A stretch of 63,144 nt of DNA, counting the filler, from Choristocarpus tenellus KU-1152 (taxonomy: Eukaryota > Protista > Phaeophyceae): the NCBI GenBank assembly GCA_964200185.2. It is 9 parts of 9 records of this genome, joined end to end, with 100 filler letters (N's around TTAATTAATTAA, not from the genome) between each part and the next. Parts side by side here need not be neighbours in the genome. Positions count along the whole stretch, not along the records: positions 50,837 to 57,387 come from CAXNAD020007883.1; positions 57,488 to 63,144 come from CAXNAD020010108.1; 7 more parts are not named here. One strand, 5' to 3'. A program made the translations under genes and the position numbers. Positions 51,546 to 63,144 of this stretch are shown piece by piece (position 1 is the stretch's first letter; every line of letters starts with the position of its first letter). Under the pieces are notes generated by a model. That model was not told where the DNA came from. It did no database searches and saw nothing but the letters and a program-made list of their open reading frames with translations.

Positions 51546-53768
51546 TGCTATCGAGGTAGATGCAAAGAGCCGGTCGCTGCTTTTTTCTACTCCCATCTAC
51601 CAAAAAAACCTCCTGGGACAATCAGTCTGCTTCCATCATCGGTGCACATCCTGGCAGGAGTGCCTCGAACATCAAAAAGGCTTGGTAGCCAAATCATCAA
51701 CCAGTGCACACAGTGAGGAAGAGACCGTCCGCCAACCGACGACAGTAGATCGATGTTCGCTTACTTACTACTTACAACTCTCTCCTGTGTCGCCCCACCT
51801 GTCGTACAGGCACCACTGCAAAAAAAGAAAAGAGACAAAACGCCTTCTGCGTACTGCTACTAACTTAACTTGGTGCGCATTGAACACGAGCCCAAAGAAG
51901 GGAACAGTCACCAGGAGCATGGGCGGACAAGGGACCAAGATGCCGTCTGAAGATACCCCAGCGCTACGAATTTTCCAGATTTTGTTTGCTGTTTCTGTAA
52001 AAACTTGAACTGTACTCTTTGATCATAAATGCATTTTTTTTAAACAGTTGAAGACATTTGGGAGGGAGGGAGGCGCAGTGCACTCACTCCCTTCTAGGAG
52101 GATGGTATCGATTTTCGATTGGTGGGGCCATCTCGTAACACCCTGCACGATCCAATCAGATACATTCTATCACAAACAGCTCATGATTCCGCCTGCCAAG
52201 GTAGAAATTGCTGCGTGTCCATCAGGGCTCTCTGAGAAAATACACCAGGGGGGAATGGAGTCACCAGGTCCTCCCAGACATGAAAAGAATACTTAAACTT
52301 ACAAACGCACATGCTTTGACACGAACTGACTTGGTTTGAACGTGCCACTGAGGCCATTTTCTTAACGCACTGCATGTCTTGTGGGTGACGCTAGCCTCCA
52401 TCCAGGCCAGGTCAGCAGGATTATCTAGATAGCTGACGACAAACACATACAGCATGTAGTTTTATAGTTTATTATTCTTCTTTCACTTTGCTGCGCACAA
52501 GACAGCATACTTTGCCGCAGGCAGAGCACATCGAAACGACTGCCTTCTGTTTTGTCCCAAGCTGTTATATATATTCTGGGGTTATAACCTTACCTGTACC
52601 TGACAAGTCACCGAGTTACTATGCAACTATGCACTGATCGAAATATGTATGTATATATATATACATATATCTATTTTTTCTTGCCTGTTTGAAGGAGACC
52701 ATTACTCTGGCTTTTACACAAACAACTAAAGGCGAGTCCCAAATGGCTTCCACCAACAAGTGCGCCGGTGTGAATGATCAAGGGAGGAGGAGTGAGTGAG
52801 TCATGGATGATGCACATCGATTGCAAAAATTTCATAATACACCAATTTCTTGAAGAGTAGACAACTTGGAGGCTGGAGCAGAGCGATCTTCGCCTCTGTA
52901 CATCACAAGCGATCTGGGTTGCTTCGAGACCATTTTGTAAACACCAACCTTTGAACAGAAGTGTTTTTTTTTTTTTGGCCTTTGGGTCTTAAAAAGCAAA
53001 ACATGGCAATGCTCAATCTCTTTCGAATGGAAGATACTATTATTTTTGTCTTTGTCTTTCCCCATGCTCACTGAGGTGAACATTTTTTTTTCTTGGGATG
53101 TATCGCGCCATCTGTATATTTCAGGGGCTGCAACTTTCTGAGCGTATTGAGAGATCTACATACAACTTGGGGGATTTTTTCCCCAGTGATGGTCCTCCAC
53201 TTACTTCCAACTAGTTCATCCCAAAATTCTCCTCTAAAACTCTGATCACAGAACACCGTTCTTACCTGCCGCTAACAACCCCAACAAATCATTGTCAGTG
53301 GTATGGCACTCTGATATAGCCACAGACCTTTACGCAGAGGATGCAAAATTCTCATGTGAAAGCAGCAAAATGTGCTTGCTATTTTGCATGCAATACACAA
53401 AGCAAAATTAGAATAACAGAGCACCCAATGAGTGAGGGGTTACCAGAGAGTCTGCATCTTCTATCCTTTGCTCTGAAGAGAGCACCAAAAGTACAAAACA
53501 AAGATTATCACAATATGCACACTCAAATCATATCAATCACACAAGGTGGAACACCCACCACAATCTCTCATTGCCCACGGTTACTGTACTACTACAATAT
53601 TCCAGCGTTGTGTCTCTAAAAAAAAAAGCAAAACAGTGTCTAAGTACTTCATACATGTCTAAAACATCAAAAAGATACATTCAGTATTCTTGTGTTCTAA
53701 ACCCACCAACAACTAAGGGGGTCAAGGCCAAATAGGTACGCTACGGCTGAAACCACACCTTGGCAAAG

Positions 53769-54512
53769 TCATCGTAAGCGGATCTGCTCCGTGGTGTACT
53801 CCCAAGCAGTGAGACCGGTGAGGGCAAGGGTGAGCAGCGACGACAGGAGTGCTGCATAGATCGAATGTGAACGGGCCATCAGCACCCATGCTAGTATCAC
53901 TAAAAGGCCCAGGAAGGCGTATGTTGACTCTGGAGTCCAAGGGCGCCAATGTACAAGCACTGGAGTGAAGGGCCAGGCTGCGACGAACAGAAAGATCATT
54001 GCTGTGCAGATCTGAGGGTTGAGGTGGATGGTTGGTTGGTCAGATAATGACTTGGGGTAACCGTGTTTAGTTTGGTACCTCCAGCTTAAAGTATTTGCTT
54101 TCACCACGAGGAACTCTTGAACCACACCCACACGAAGTTGTGGGATTGGCGATGGTGCTTTAGCTGGGACAAGCTGAAAGTACATCAACTGTCAGAGGAA
54201 ATAAGAGCGTCTGATGCGAACATCACAACTGACACCTCTTCACAAAGACTTGTACCACTTGACACAAATAGAAGCACAAAAGCTCCATAAAGCTACACTC
54301 AACATATTGAACAACAGGTAACAATGACTACTCGGTTTGAAATGCGGACCTTGTGGAATTTGGTGGAAAAGTCAATTCCAGGCATAAGATCTTTCATCAA
54401 GTTCAAATTTACCTGTGCTGGGATAGCCTTTAGACTTGATAGAATAGGCAAGTGATGGGCCCGTACGTTGGTAGATTCCGGTTCCACCAACATCCATGGT
54501 GGAGCAACACCT
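53769..54512 (-). CDS. Possible exons of an unidentified membrane protein gene, divergent from TRM11
   Basis: ORF 53769-54188 has three hydrophobic segments and is preceded by a ctgacag acceptor. The upstream block ..KAIPAQ|gtaaat is in compatible phase. No family recognised. Confidence 0.3.
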
Positions 54513-55437
54513 AGCACAAACTGTTGTCGCCTCCAAACCTCCAAGTCCATTTTTTCTTAACGCTAACAGCCACAGTGGGCAGACAGAAATGAATTTCAGA
54601 TATCACCACAGATCATACAATAGAGTTTCGCCACCAACAGCTACGTCCTGTAACCTAGGTCATTGTAGTGGAGCAGATAGAACAAAATGATGTCAATGCA
54701 GCGCAGGTATCCAAAGTAAGGTTTGGATGGAGTAGGTAACCATGGGTCGATAGTTAAGCCCTTCCCAAATCAAAGGCTCCAAAGATCACGTCTTTAAAGC
54801 AGGTCTGAACCAAACCGAGAGCATCAAGGTTGACAGAGGAAAGAAGGAATTCTAATGGACTAACGGTCATAAACCGTCAACGTTCGCAACAGATTTGGTT
54901 TGAAAATCCATTATGGGTACACACCTTCGATTAATTGTCATGCAAAGCTCAATCAGTTCCTCATCTCCTCAAGATTTACGTCTCAGGGGCTACCTTGTTC
55001 TCTTCGATGGCTTGGCGTTGAGTAGGTGAATACGAATGTGAACTAATCCAATTTTCGTAATTTTACTCAACACTATAGAACTATTTCATAACGTTTCTAT
55101 GTCAAGAAATTTGTTGGATGTTGATCGATATTAAATCCGTATCAACAAACCCTAATCCTAAATACTCTTCCTACTAATCTTGACATCTTCCCTTCCTGAG
55201 ATTGGAAAACTCGATAGCGTTGGTGATTTGATTGGAGACCAGGATCGTGTATGGAACTACCGTCCTGGTGCCATTGGTAGGAACTCTGTTTGCTGATGGT
55301 GAAGTAATCACTATTGTGTGAGCACGACACAATTGCTTGAGACACGATCGCTTGAGACACCATATCTTGTTGTGAGATCTTGAGATCTTGGGCTGTGGAG
55401 TTGGTCTTTTTTGTACCCAAATGGGCAGGTGCCAACG

Positions 55438-56115
55438 ATGAAATATCTTCTGCAGTTCACGGCTAAACACCATGAAACCTTCTGGCTTCCGGAACTTGAC
55501 TCTATCCTGGAGATGCATGGGCATGACCCAGCTGTGGCCTACAACCACGAGGAGGCAAACAGCAACCTCACCATGGGCTTGAAGGTACTTGCTGTTCCAG
55601 GTCCTGCCTGTCCATTACTCGGTCAAGTTGAAGGTGTTCGGTCCGTGATTGAGTCTGCAATATCCTTCTCCAGATCCGAGTTCGCGACAGCAGGCAGTCC
55701 CGTCCCCAACACTGCAACTTTGGCTGGAAGGTGCTTGATTATGAGGCTCTCTGATAGGTGGAGGACTGAACTGTTGCACGAACATAGAATACGAAACATC
55801 TCTGGAGTAGATATAATTCATCTATTGAGCACATAACATTCATCTATTCCCCCAAGCCCCCAGGGTATAGCCTACCTGGTCATGAGGGAAAATGTGCTTG
55901 GCTATCACTCTCTGGCGTCCACCGTTGTCCACTTCGTTCACACTTAAGGCTCAGAATTCTAAGCAACAGAAGTTCAACTTGCTTGTCTTCTTCAAGGCAA
56001 GTAACCGTCCCCTACCTCTACACCTTTGCTGCAGGTGAGTCCATACCTTGTGGTGGACCTACCATCGGAAGAACTGGCGAAAGCTATTGGGAGCAGAGCA
56101 ATACTGACGAAGAAG
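55438..56115 (+). CDS. TRM11: tRNA (guanine(10)-N2)-methyltransferase TRM11, first two exons (3'-partial)
   Basis: Exon 1 55438-55584 MKYLLQFTAKHHETFWLPELDSIL..; exon 2 56035-56115 VSPYLVVDLPSEELAKAIGSRAILTKK. This matches the Trm11 N-terminus (YL..F...H..FRLPE..S; SP+..+.LPSEE.A....RS+L.K). Confidence 0.85.
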
Positions 56116-57387
56116 GTGAGAGATTTGCATGGTGAAATAGGCCTGGTCAGAGACCGGCCGGAGCGATTATCAAGGGAGCTCCCTCCCTAGGCAATAGAAT
56201 CATATGCTGTTGCCATTAGTGTGTCATGACTGCAGATTGTATGCAGGAAATGTGATAGGGATGGTGGCTGCAATAGTAAGACCCTCGCCCTCGCCCACGA
56301 CCTAGGTGTGTAACTTGTGTACCTATTGCTTTTTTTTGTCAAACTCGATATTTCACATTTACCTTCAACAGTGTCCAGCAGGTCTTACTGGTTCGAGAAG
56401 ACCTCTTGTCAAAATCTCGCTCCCAAATCCCTCTGATTCCCGCACTGTTTCTTGTAAAAAGGGCTGGTCGGTATTGGGTCATATCCTGCTGACAATGGCA
56501 TCCTCCTCGAACTTTCCTAGATAGAGTAGGGGGAGTGAGAACCGGTAGTTGTTGATGTCATCTCTCTTTCTGGATGGTTTGGCCCGAAATTGGGATGAGC
56601 TCAAAGAGAGCGAGGTGACATTTGTGGTCAGTATGCCTTGGTTCTATCAAGGTCTACTGGTTTGGTGTGCACTGTTTTTCCTCAACCTCTTTTTTTGTAT
56701 TGGAAGGAGAAGACCTGTGGATGCCTAAGACACAGCAATTTTGTGAGCTGTCAAATGCCCACAATTAAACAGTACACCGTTACACGAGCATTGGTAAGAC
56801 ATCGGTACGTGACAGGTAATTCCTTGTAACTTCGGCATGCCAATTCTTTGATTTTTTTTCTTTGATTTCCAATTGGTGCAACAAGCATGTTGCTATGCTG
56901 TTCATATTTTGTGTGTGTGTATTTAGGATGGTTGGGCGTAGAATTTTTATGATCTGCCATTTTCTTTGCACCTGCTCACACGCACCTACCTTAGGAGGAA
57001 GGGAAAGAGTGGAAGTCTTGCCCTTGAGGGAGAGAGAGAGAGAGAGTCAGATATCATCCATTTTCGGTGTGTAAGCCTTGAGGGAGAGAGAGAGTCAGAT
57101 ATCTTTGTACTTTGGTAAAATATTTTGACAGTATGTGAGACTTGCCCTAGTCCAGGCTAGCCTGTTGTTATTGCTTGCGTTAACATGAGTGCTTACATGA
57201 GTGAGTGTTTCTCTCATCACAACTATCGTGAAATGGCAACTAACTGAGGAAGGAGCCCTACTACGTAGAGGATATGTCAGTTTCAGTACAGTGCACTGTC
57301 CTCGAGTTTCCCCACCCAAAACACACAAACAACCCCCCCAACAAAAAAAAACACATTAATCCAACACTCCAAAAAAAAAAACCATAA

Positions 57388-57487
57388 NNNNNNNNNNNNN
57401 NNNNNNNNNNNNNNNNNNNNNNNNNNNNNNNTTAATTAATTAANNNNNNNNNNNNNNNNNNNNNNNNNNNNNNNNNNNNNNNNNNNN
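57388..57487. other. Artificial contig linker
   Basis: 44N-TTAATTAATTAA-44N. Confidence 0.98.
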
Positions 57488-57550
57488 AAGTTTGTTACGG
57501 GGGGGTGAAAACCCCCCCCCCCCCCATAACATGTTTGTGGTCACTGGAAG

Positions 57551-58421
57551 GTATGCATCTCTCTTCTTTGTTGCATGCATAGACAAGGACGACAACGAGC
57601 TCATTACCCTGGAGCAAATTCACCTCTTTGTTGAGGTGCTGGATAGATACTTCGGCAATGTCTGCGAGCTAGACATCATATTCAATTTCCACAAGGCGTA
57701 TTACATCCTTGATGAGCTCTTCATTGGTGGAGAATTGCAGGTAGTGTGGCGATTGCATGGGTCATAGTGTGAGAAGGTGTGCAATGGATTGTGGGCGAGA
57801 AGAGGGGCAAAGAGGGGTTGAATGTGGAAGAATTGTTGCTGTGTGTTGTGGTCCTGAGTCCTGGCAAGAGATAGGTGTATACGGAACTATCTGGTAATCT
57901 GTGGTGGGTATCCTTGCTACGTTCCAATTTGGCTGTGATTTGCTTTGGAAAGGATATCTTTCCTATTGTACTCTTACGTATTTTTTGGCTTCAGAATAAG
58001 AATAGAGACAAGACATACACAAGGTTGATCGAACGGCGGTGGTCCTGTTCTAATTGAACCCACCAGTTCAGACATCAGCAGCACCAGCAGGAAGTGAAGC
58101 GTTACTGTGCAGCTTTGATCTTTCCCCTGCGCCAACCGCCCCCTGAGGTGACAAGCAGGGTTACAACCATGTGAAAGGCACGCCCTCCTGATTCCCCAGT
58201 TTACCCCACCCGAATCTTGCCTTGAAAGTATCATGCATCTTCCTCCCTCCCCTACCTCCCCCGCCCCTCTTCAAACTCGTTGATGGGAATGAATGGTGTG
58301 TTGCCTGCAGGAGAGCTCAAAAAAGGAAGTCCTTCGCCTGTGTGCACAAATGGATGAGCTGATGGAGGATGCCAAGGAGGATGCAGCTGCAGGCAGCTCA
58401 GGTTCCACGCGCCGTCGCTGA
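57551..58421 (+). CDS. AP1S1: AP-1 adaptor complex sigma subunit, last two exons (5'-partial)
   Basis: Exon 57551-57740 [64 protein letters not shown]; exon 58311-58421 [22 protein letters not shown]. Confidence 0.95.
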
Positions 58422-58560
58422 TGACAGATGACAGTCCCCACTGGGCGCAGGATGAGGGAGGGGAAGGGGGGAAGTCTGGGAGGCGGCGGTAGCAATCAGT
58501 GTCCCTCTTGTCTACACGGGATGTTGGCTTGGGAGCAGGATGATTGTCTGTTGTCATTCT

Positions 58561-58598
58561 TGTGTGTGTGTGTGTGTGTATGTGTGTGTGTGTGTGTG
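58561..58598. repeat. (TG)n microsatellite
   Basis: About 19 TG units with one interruption. Confidence 0.95.
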
Positions 58599-59329
58599 CT
58601 ATTGGCTGTGTTGTTTTGTTACATGCAGAGTGTGGAATGGATATGATTCGTCATGTGTTTAGTCCTCACTCCATCATATCCCTGAAATACAATTGATGCC
58701 AACCCAGTTCTGTGTGACCTAAGCTCGAGTTTTTCTTGTCTCCCTGTGCAGTATTTTTGCTCCCATAATCTTGTGTCGATTGTATGTGATACAACCCTTA
58801 GGACTATGATAGTGTAGTGGTGCAGTAGAGATGGTGCACCCTGTTCATTGAACTTTGGAGTGTGTGGAAGAGATTGTAATAGGGAAGAGAGCAAGATGAA
58901 AGTTGAACCGGGAGGGATAGGTGGGTGGGGTCACGTCCTTCAATCTGAGAATGAGCTTTGTCAAAATCATCCTTGCACCATAGAAACTAGTGTATTCTAG
59001 TCTGACACAAGAGGCTCGCAGAATGGGTTTTGATTTACTAACTAGGCCTTCAATGTTGCATTGCATCGGTGACGACGTGAGCGGCAGGGTATTGTATTTG
59101 GAATGAGGAATAAAGGTCATGATGTTTTGTGGCAACTGAACACAGATTTGTTCTGACTCCATGGCAACATGTTGTGAATCGAAGTCTATTTTTGATTCTC
59201 TGACCTATCCCCACAGCCCACAGATGGTCCAGGTAGCTGATCTGAATGCATTTGCTCACACAAGACACATACTATACAGCATCAGGATGAAGCCAACAAA
59301 GATGTCAGATTTACTTTAGGAGTACTGCT

Positions 59330-60250
59330 TGGTAGGGTTGCTTATGTTGGCATCCGGCATGTTTTGTAGATGGAAGTTAAGCTAACAGATCTTGCTTTGC
59401 TGCTAACAGTTGACTCCAGTGCTGTGAAACAGAACAACAATTGAGTTGTAATGTTTACACTCAATCACTCCGGTCAGATCATAGTGGGAGTCCTTTTGAT
59501 ACCTCCCAATACATGTATGCGGAAAGACTAGAATATGATGTCCTAATTTGAAGGCCCCAGTTGAGTACCAACCCTTGGCGGTGAAAACTCTACCAATGTA
59601 AAATACATGGGCAATTTTTCTTGAGAGATGATACGACTTCAACCTGTGACAATTCTTTTATCAGTTCTAGTAATAGACTGAATATCTTCAGACCACTGCA
59701 TCAATATCGATATTTCAGTTTCATGTACAGTTTTGACTGTGAAAGACTACACAATACGTAGATGCCGTATCTTATTGACAAGGGAAGAGTTGAAGGACAA
59801 GGGCTTGGGTAGAATGATCACATACCTTTTCAAGTCTCGTGTCACTCAATGCAGACCTCACCGAGGACATAGGCAAGGGGAATTGAAATGTATTGTGCCC
59901 CTTGCTGTGGCATGCATCAAGCCTTACCATTACCAAGATTTACAGTTGGCATCCTGGAAACTGTACAAGAGTTTGAAGCACCCTTAACACATCCCAATAT
60001 CACAGATACGTAGAGCTTGCTTTTTATGGGTAGTTAGGTAAGTAGCCTGACTTAGCATTGTAGTCTGGGGTATATACCATGGTACACCAATCATTAAACA
60101 TTACCACCTCTTCATGGATTGCAGCAATCAGAGTAGCAACAATATTTATCTGTTTACCCTGCACCATTACATCCTTTGTGGGAGGGCAGGAATAAGCACA
60201 CACTGTGGTGATGCCACCAATGCCATCCACGCAGTATAACTATACTCACC
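59330..60250. mobile_element. Patchwork of very decayed RTE-like LINE fragments
   Basis: Minus strand HHILVFPHTCIG and LYCVDGIG (compare LYADDAG); plus strand TIRRCRILL..RM..LFKSRV. Confidence 0.35.
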
Positions 60251-60749
60251 TAGAATTATACCAAAAAAGACATTCAAAATACTGAAAAGACTAAGGAAAA
60301 TTCTTGCAAGTGCAGTAGAACTCTACAGTCGCAACAAAATGCATACTCAGAATATTCACGGAACTCTCCTGTTCCAATTGAGTCTCACATTTCATTGGGA
60401 GGTTACTTGCAACCAATCACAACAACGATCGATTTTCGATTTCCATGTAACCTCAAGACATTGAACCTAAATCAGTCATGGTAGGAAGCATACACAACAA
60501 TTGGTCCAAAAAGGCATCGAAATATATAGCTATAGGGGGGTCAAGGGCAAAAGGGTGGATACCACAAAATAAACACTATCCTCATCAACGTTCAGAGGTT
60601 CTGAGCAAAATACATGATAACAGTATCACAATTCGTGCATGGGGTGGCAGAGCTTGTTTCTAGTCAGCAACACCACACTTCCCACCCCCCAGCGATCCAT
60701 GTCATCCTCCACATGCAATCCCAGCTGTAGGGTAGATAAGATATTTTTT

Positions 60750-63144
60750 TCACTTTCCAGATCCCTTCTTGCCTCGTCGCTCTCGCCCCTTAGCAGCATT
60801 GGGATTCTTCCTACCGTACCCCACCAAAATATCAGGGGACTTGGAGATACTCAAGCCTACATTGAGGGTCACATCCTCCCCAAACATAGAGCTTACATCC
60901 TTCACCGTACGCCGTGCCTGAGGAAGCACCAACAAGGAGGGTAGGGGGGGGCAGTCACAGGCGGGTTATGAGATTAGGAAGGTGCCCTGGGTCAGAGTGA
61001 AGGCACAAGGCAGTGCATGTTGGCATCTATGTTAGGTGTAATGGTGTGTGCAATCAGGTACTTACAACTTATCATATCCTCTGCAGTGGATGCGGCACTT
61101 GCATTCATTGGGGGATACACCACAACACAATGTCCATGTGAGGTACAAAACCAAGTTGATACGACATTTGATCCCCACCTTCTACCAGGGGACTCTCTCC
61201 AGGGTAAAGAACGGCATCTAAAGAGGGCACTGAAGCAGTGTTTTTTTACTTTGTAGTTAAAACAGTTCAACCAACTCTGTGACAGTCATGCTAAAATTCT
61301 CCTCTCCTATATTATTGTACAGGTATCAACCAGCTTCCAGTTGTCCTCAGGGGACAGGTGTATTGTGGTACAACTTCAACCGTAGCCTTATCCGAAACTA
61401 CCCAAAACATGTCTTTTGACAGCAGCGCCCCTACTATCATACAAACCTTCAATTCCACTGTTCAAAAAGGTACCACTTCAACAGCAAAAGACAGACACAG
61501 GGCACCCCAAACAACACACCCATCAATGTTGATGCAAAACACTTCTTCTTCTGTCCTACACAGTCAACACATCCACCTTCTGGGCCCAGATGCCACTCAG
61601 GAGCTGATCTTCCCGCAAAAGTAGGTCCCCCTCGAACCGGCCCTTGGTGGGGCTTACTGAAGGTATGGAAAACTTGCTCCCTCTAAGATTGTTTTTGTGA
61701 TTCTTACGGAGGTGCACCCTCATGGCACCCGTAGCCGCGTCAATCGAGCATGAGACACGATCCAATGTAGCATTGCCACACACTGGGCAAAACAGACGAC
61801 CCATGTCTGTACACGTCTTAAAGCAAGCTGCACAGCGCAGTATCCATTGCTTCACATTCCGGATTGCCATCCCATCGAGTGAAACCAGCTGCAGTCCCAC
61901 CTGGTCACAAGTACCAGAATTGATGGGATAGAGGAAAGGGGATCAAGTGTTGAAATGGGGGCAAGTCGGTAGGGGATTAACTATATGAGAAGAACCCCCA
62001 CCCCCGCAAACTCAGGATGCCACTGACTTCAACTCTATCAATGCACAGGCGTATCACTATCCTGTACAGTAGTGACACTAAGTGCTTGAAAGATGGGGTC
62101 ACAAGGTGCTACTGGTGCTATGGGGTACAACTCGAAACTTAACTTTAGAGCTGTCAGGGTGAGGCACAGTGCCCAACACTAGCTACAATGGCCTATTGCT
62201 ATCCCATGGTGAGTAGATGCAGCCAAGTTGACAGACTGCCAAGAATGTTGGATGTTTCCATCCTTCCTCAACCCTTGCCATATTTGAGTAATCTAGATAT
62301 CCGACTTTGCCTATTACGGCCTTGGTACAGATAACAAACAGAACAGTACCATAAAATCCGACCATGCCCTCGCCGCCCCCCAGCTCTTTTACCCTCCACT
62401 TCACATGAAAACACATTCCCTCACCTGTAGCAGCACATTTTGCATGGCAAAGTCTGTGGTCACACACCCAGCCCGGCACTTGTTCTGTTCATCCCTTCTC
62501 CTCCCACCCTTTCCCTTCTTTTGCTGCTGCAATGGCCCATTCAGGCCTATTCCAGCTGCCTTCTGGGCCTTGAAATTGGAAGGGTTTACCCAGCCCTCCC
62601 CATCATCATCCTCCGCACCCCCATCAGACACACCAAACCCTGCAGCTGAGCTCAAGATGCGTGAGGACCCAGCCACTCCACCATCTGGACGCACAGGCTT
62701 GTCGCCAGTCCCCCACTGCTTGTCATTGTCCCCAGATCCATTGAAATGATCTCCAGGTGAACGTCCTGATAAGGTTGGCTCTGAAATGGCACTTGTAGCA
62801 GGTTTCAACGGTGCAGGGTCTGGCTTGATGACAGGCTTAAAGGGAGCAGGGTTGCTGCGTGCCATTGCCGTCCAGGACACAATCGGCACAGCAGTGGCAG
62901 GGTCTGTGCTGGCCTCTTCACACTTGGCTGGTGCCACAGCATGACCTAGGGCTGGAAATTCTTCTTCTGTTGCTTTAAAAACACCCTCACTGGATGTAGT
63001 CTCCATGGTATCCTCAGGCTCTACATTTTCCCCTCCCTCTGGTTCCCAGTCATCATCATCACTATCATCACTCTCCTCCCCTTCACCAACAAGTTCCCAG
63101 TCCTTGACCTCACCACTCTCCCCCTCCCCCCCCCCCCCCCCCCC
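60750..63144 (-). CDS. NOB1: RNA-binding protein / 20S pre-rRNA endonuclease NOB1, last three exons (5'-partial)
   Basis: Exons >63108-62425, 61900-61577, 60917-60750 (phase 0). Motifs DDDGEGWVNPSN, CVTTDFAMQNVLLQVGL, Zn ribbon LRCAACF..FCPVCGNATL, LRGSKFSIP, LLLREDQ and GYGRKNPN. Confidence 0.96.

Noticed and set aside
50977-53340. Further minus-strand exons
   Set aside because: There are several splice-like signals, but I could not build a phase-consistent, recognisable product.
55585-55836. 3' half of ORF 55411-55836 as coding
   Set aside because: It is intron read-through after AAG|gtactt. Trm11 similarity resumes at 56035.
55438-63144. TRM11 + AP1S + NOB1 as a functional cluster
   Set aside because: TRM11 is on a different contig. 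AP1S and NOB1 are unrelated convergent housekeeping genes.

Overview
Eukaryotic, intron-rich DNA. It is most likely from a brown alga or a close ochrophyte; this is inferred from the gene and transposon families and was not tested. The window is not one locus. It is nine contigs joined by eight identical artificial 100-nt linkers (44 N + TTAATTAATTAA + 44 N), so neighbourhood arguments across linkers are invalid. By hand splicing I recovered two complete genes that the ORF track shows only in pieces: a 6-exon membrane-anchored CS/p23-domain protein and a 4-exon KA1-like + armadillo-repeat protein. Partial genes are an ankyrin-repeat protein ending in KEEL (with a GC-AG intron), a multi-pass membrane protein C-terminus, TRM11, AP-1 sigma and NOB1. 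The rest is mostly transposon debris. It includes two Ty3/Gypsy pieces (gag-protease, and integrase-chromodomain-LTR), CRE-like and RTE-like LINE remnants, a plant-type mariner fragment, a foldback element, and two MITE families that share a G-R-S-Y-N-AAGTATC terminus. I found no CRISPR array, rRNA or intact tRNA, and no clearly demonstrable new multi-gene system. The best novelty leads are the membrane-anchored CS co-chaperone, an unidentified decayed ORF family seen on two contigs, the shared-TIR MITE pair, and a high proportion of AAG splice acceptors.
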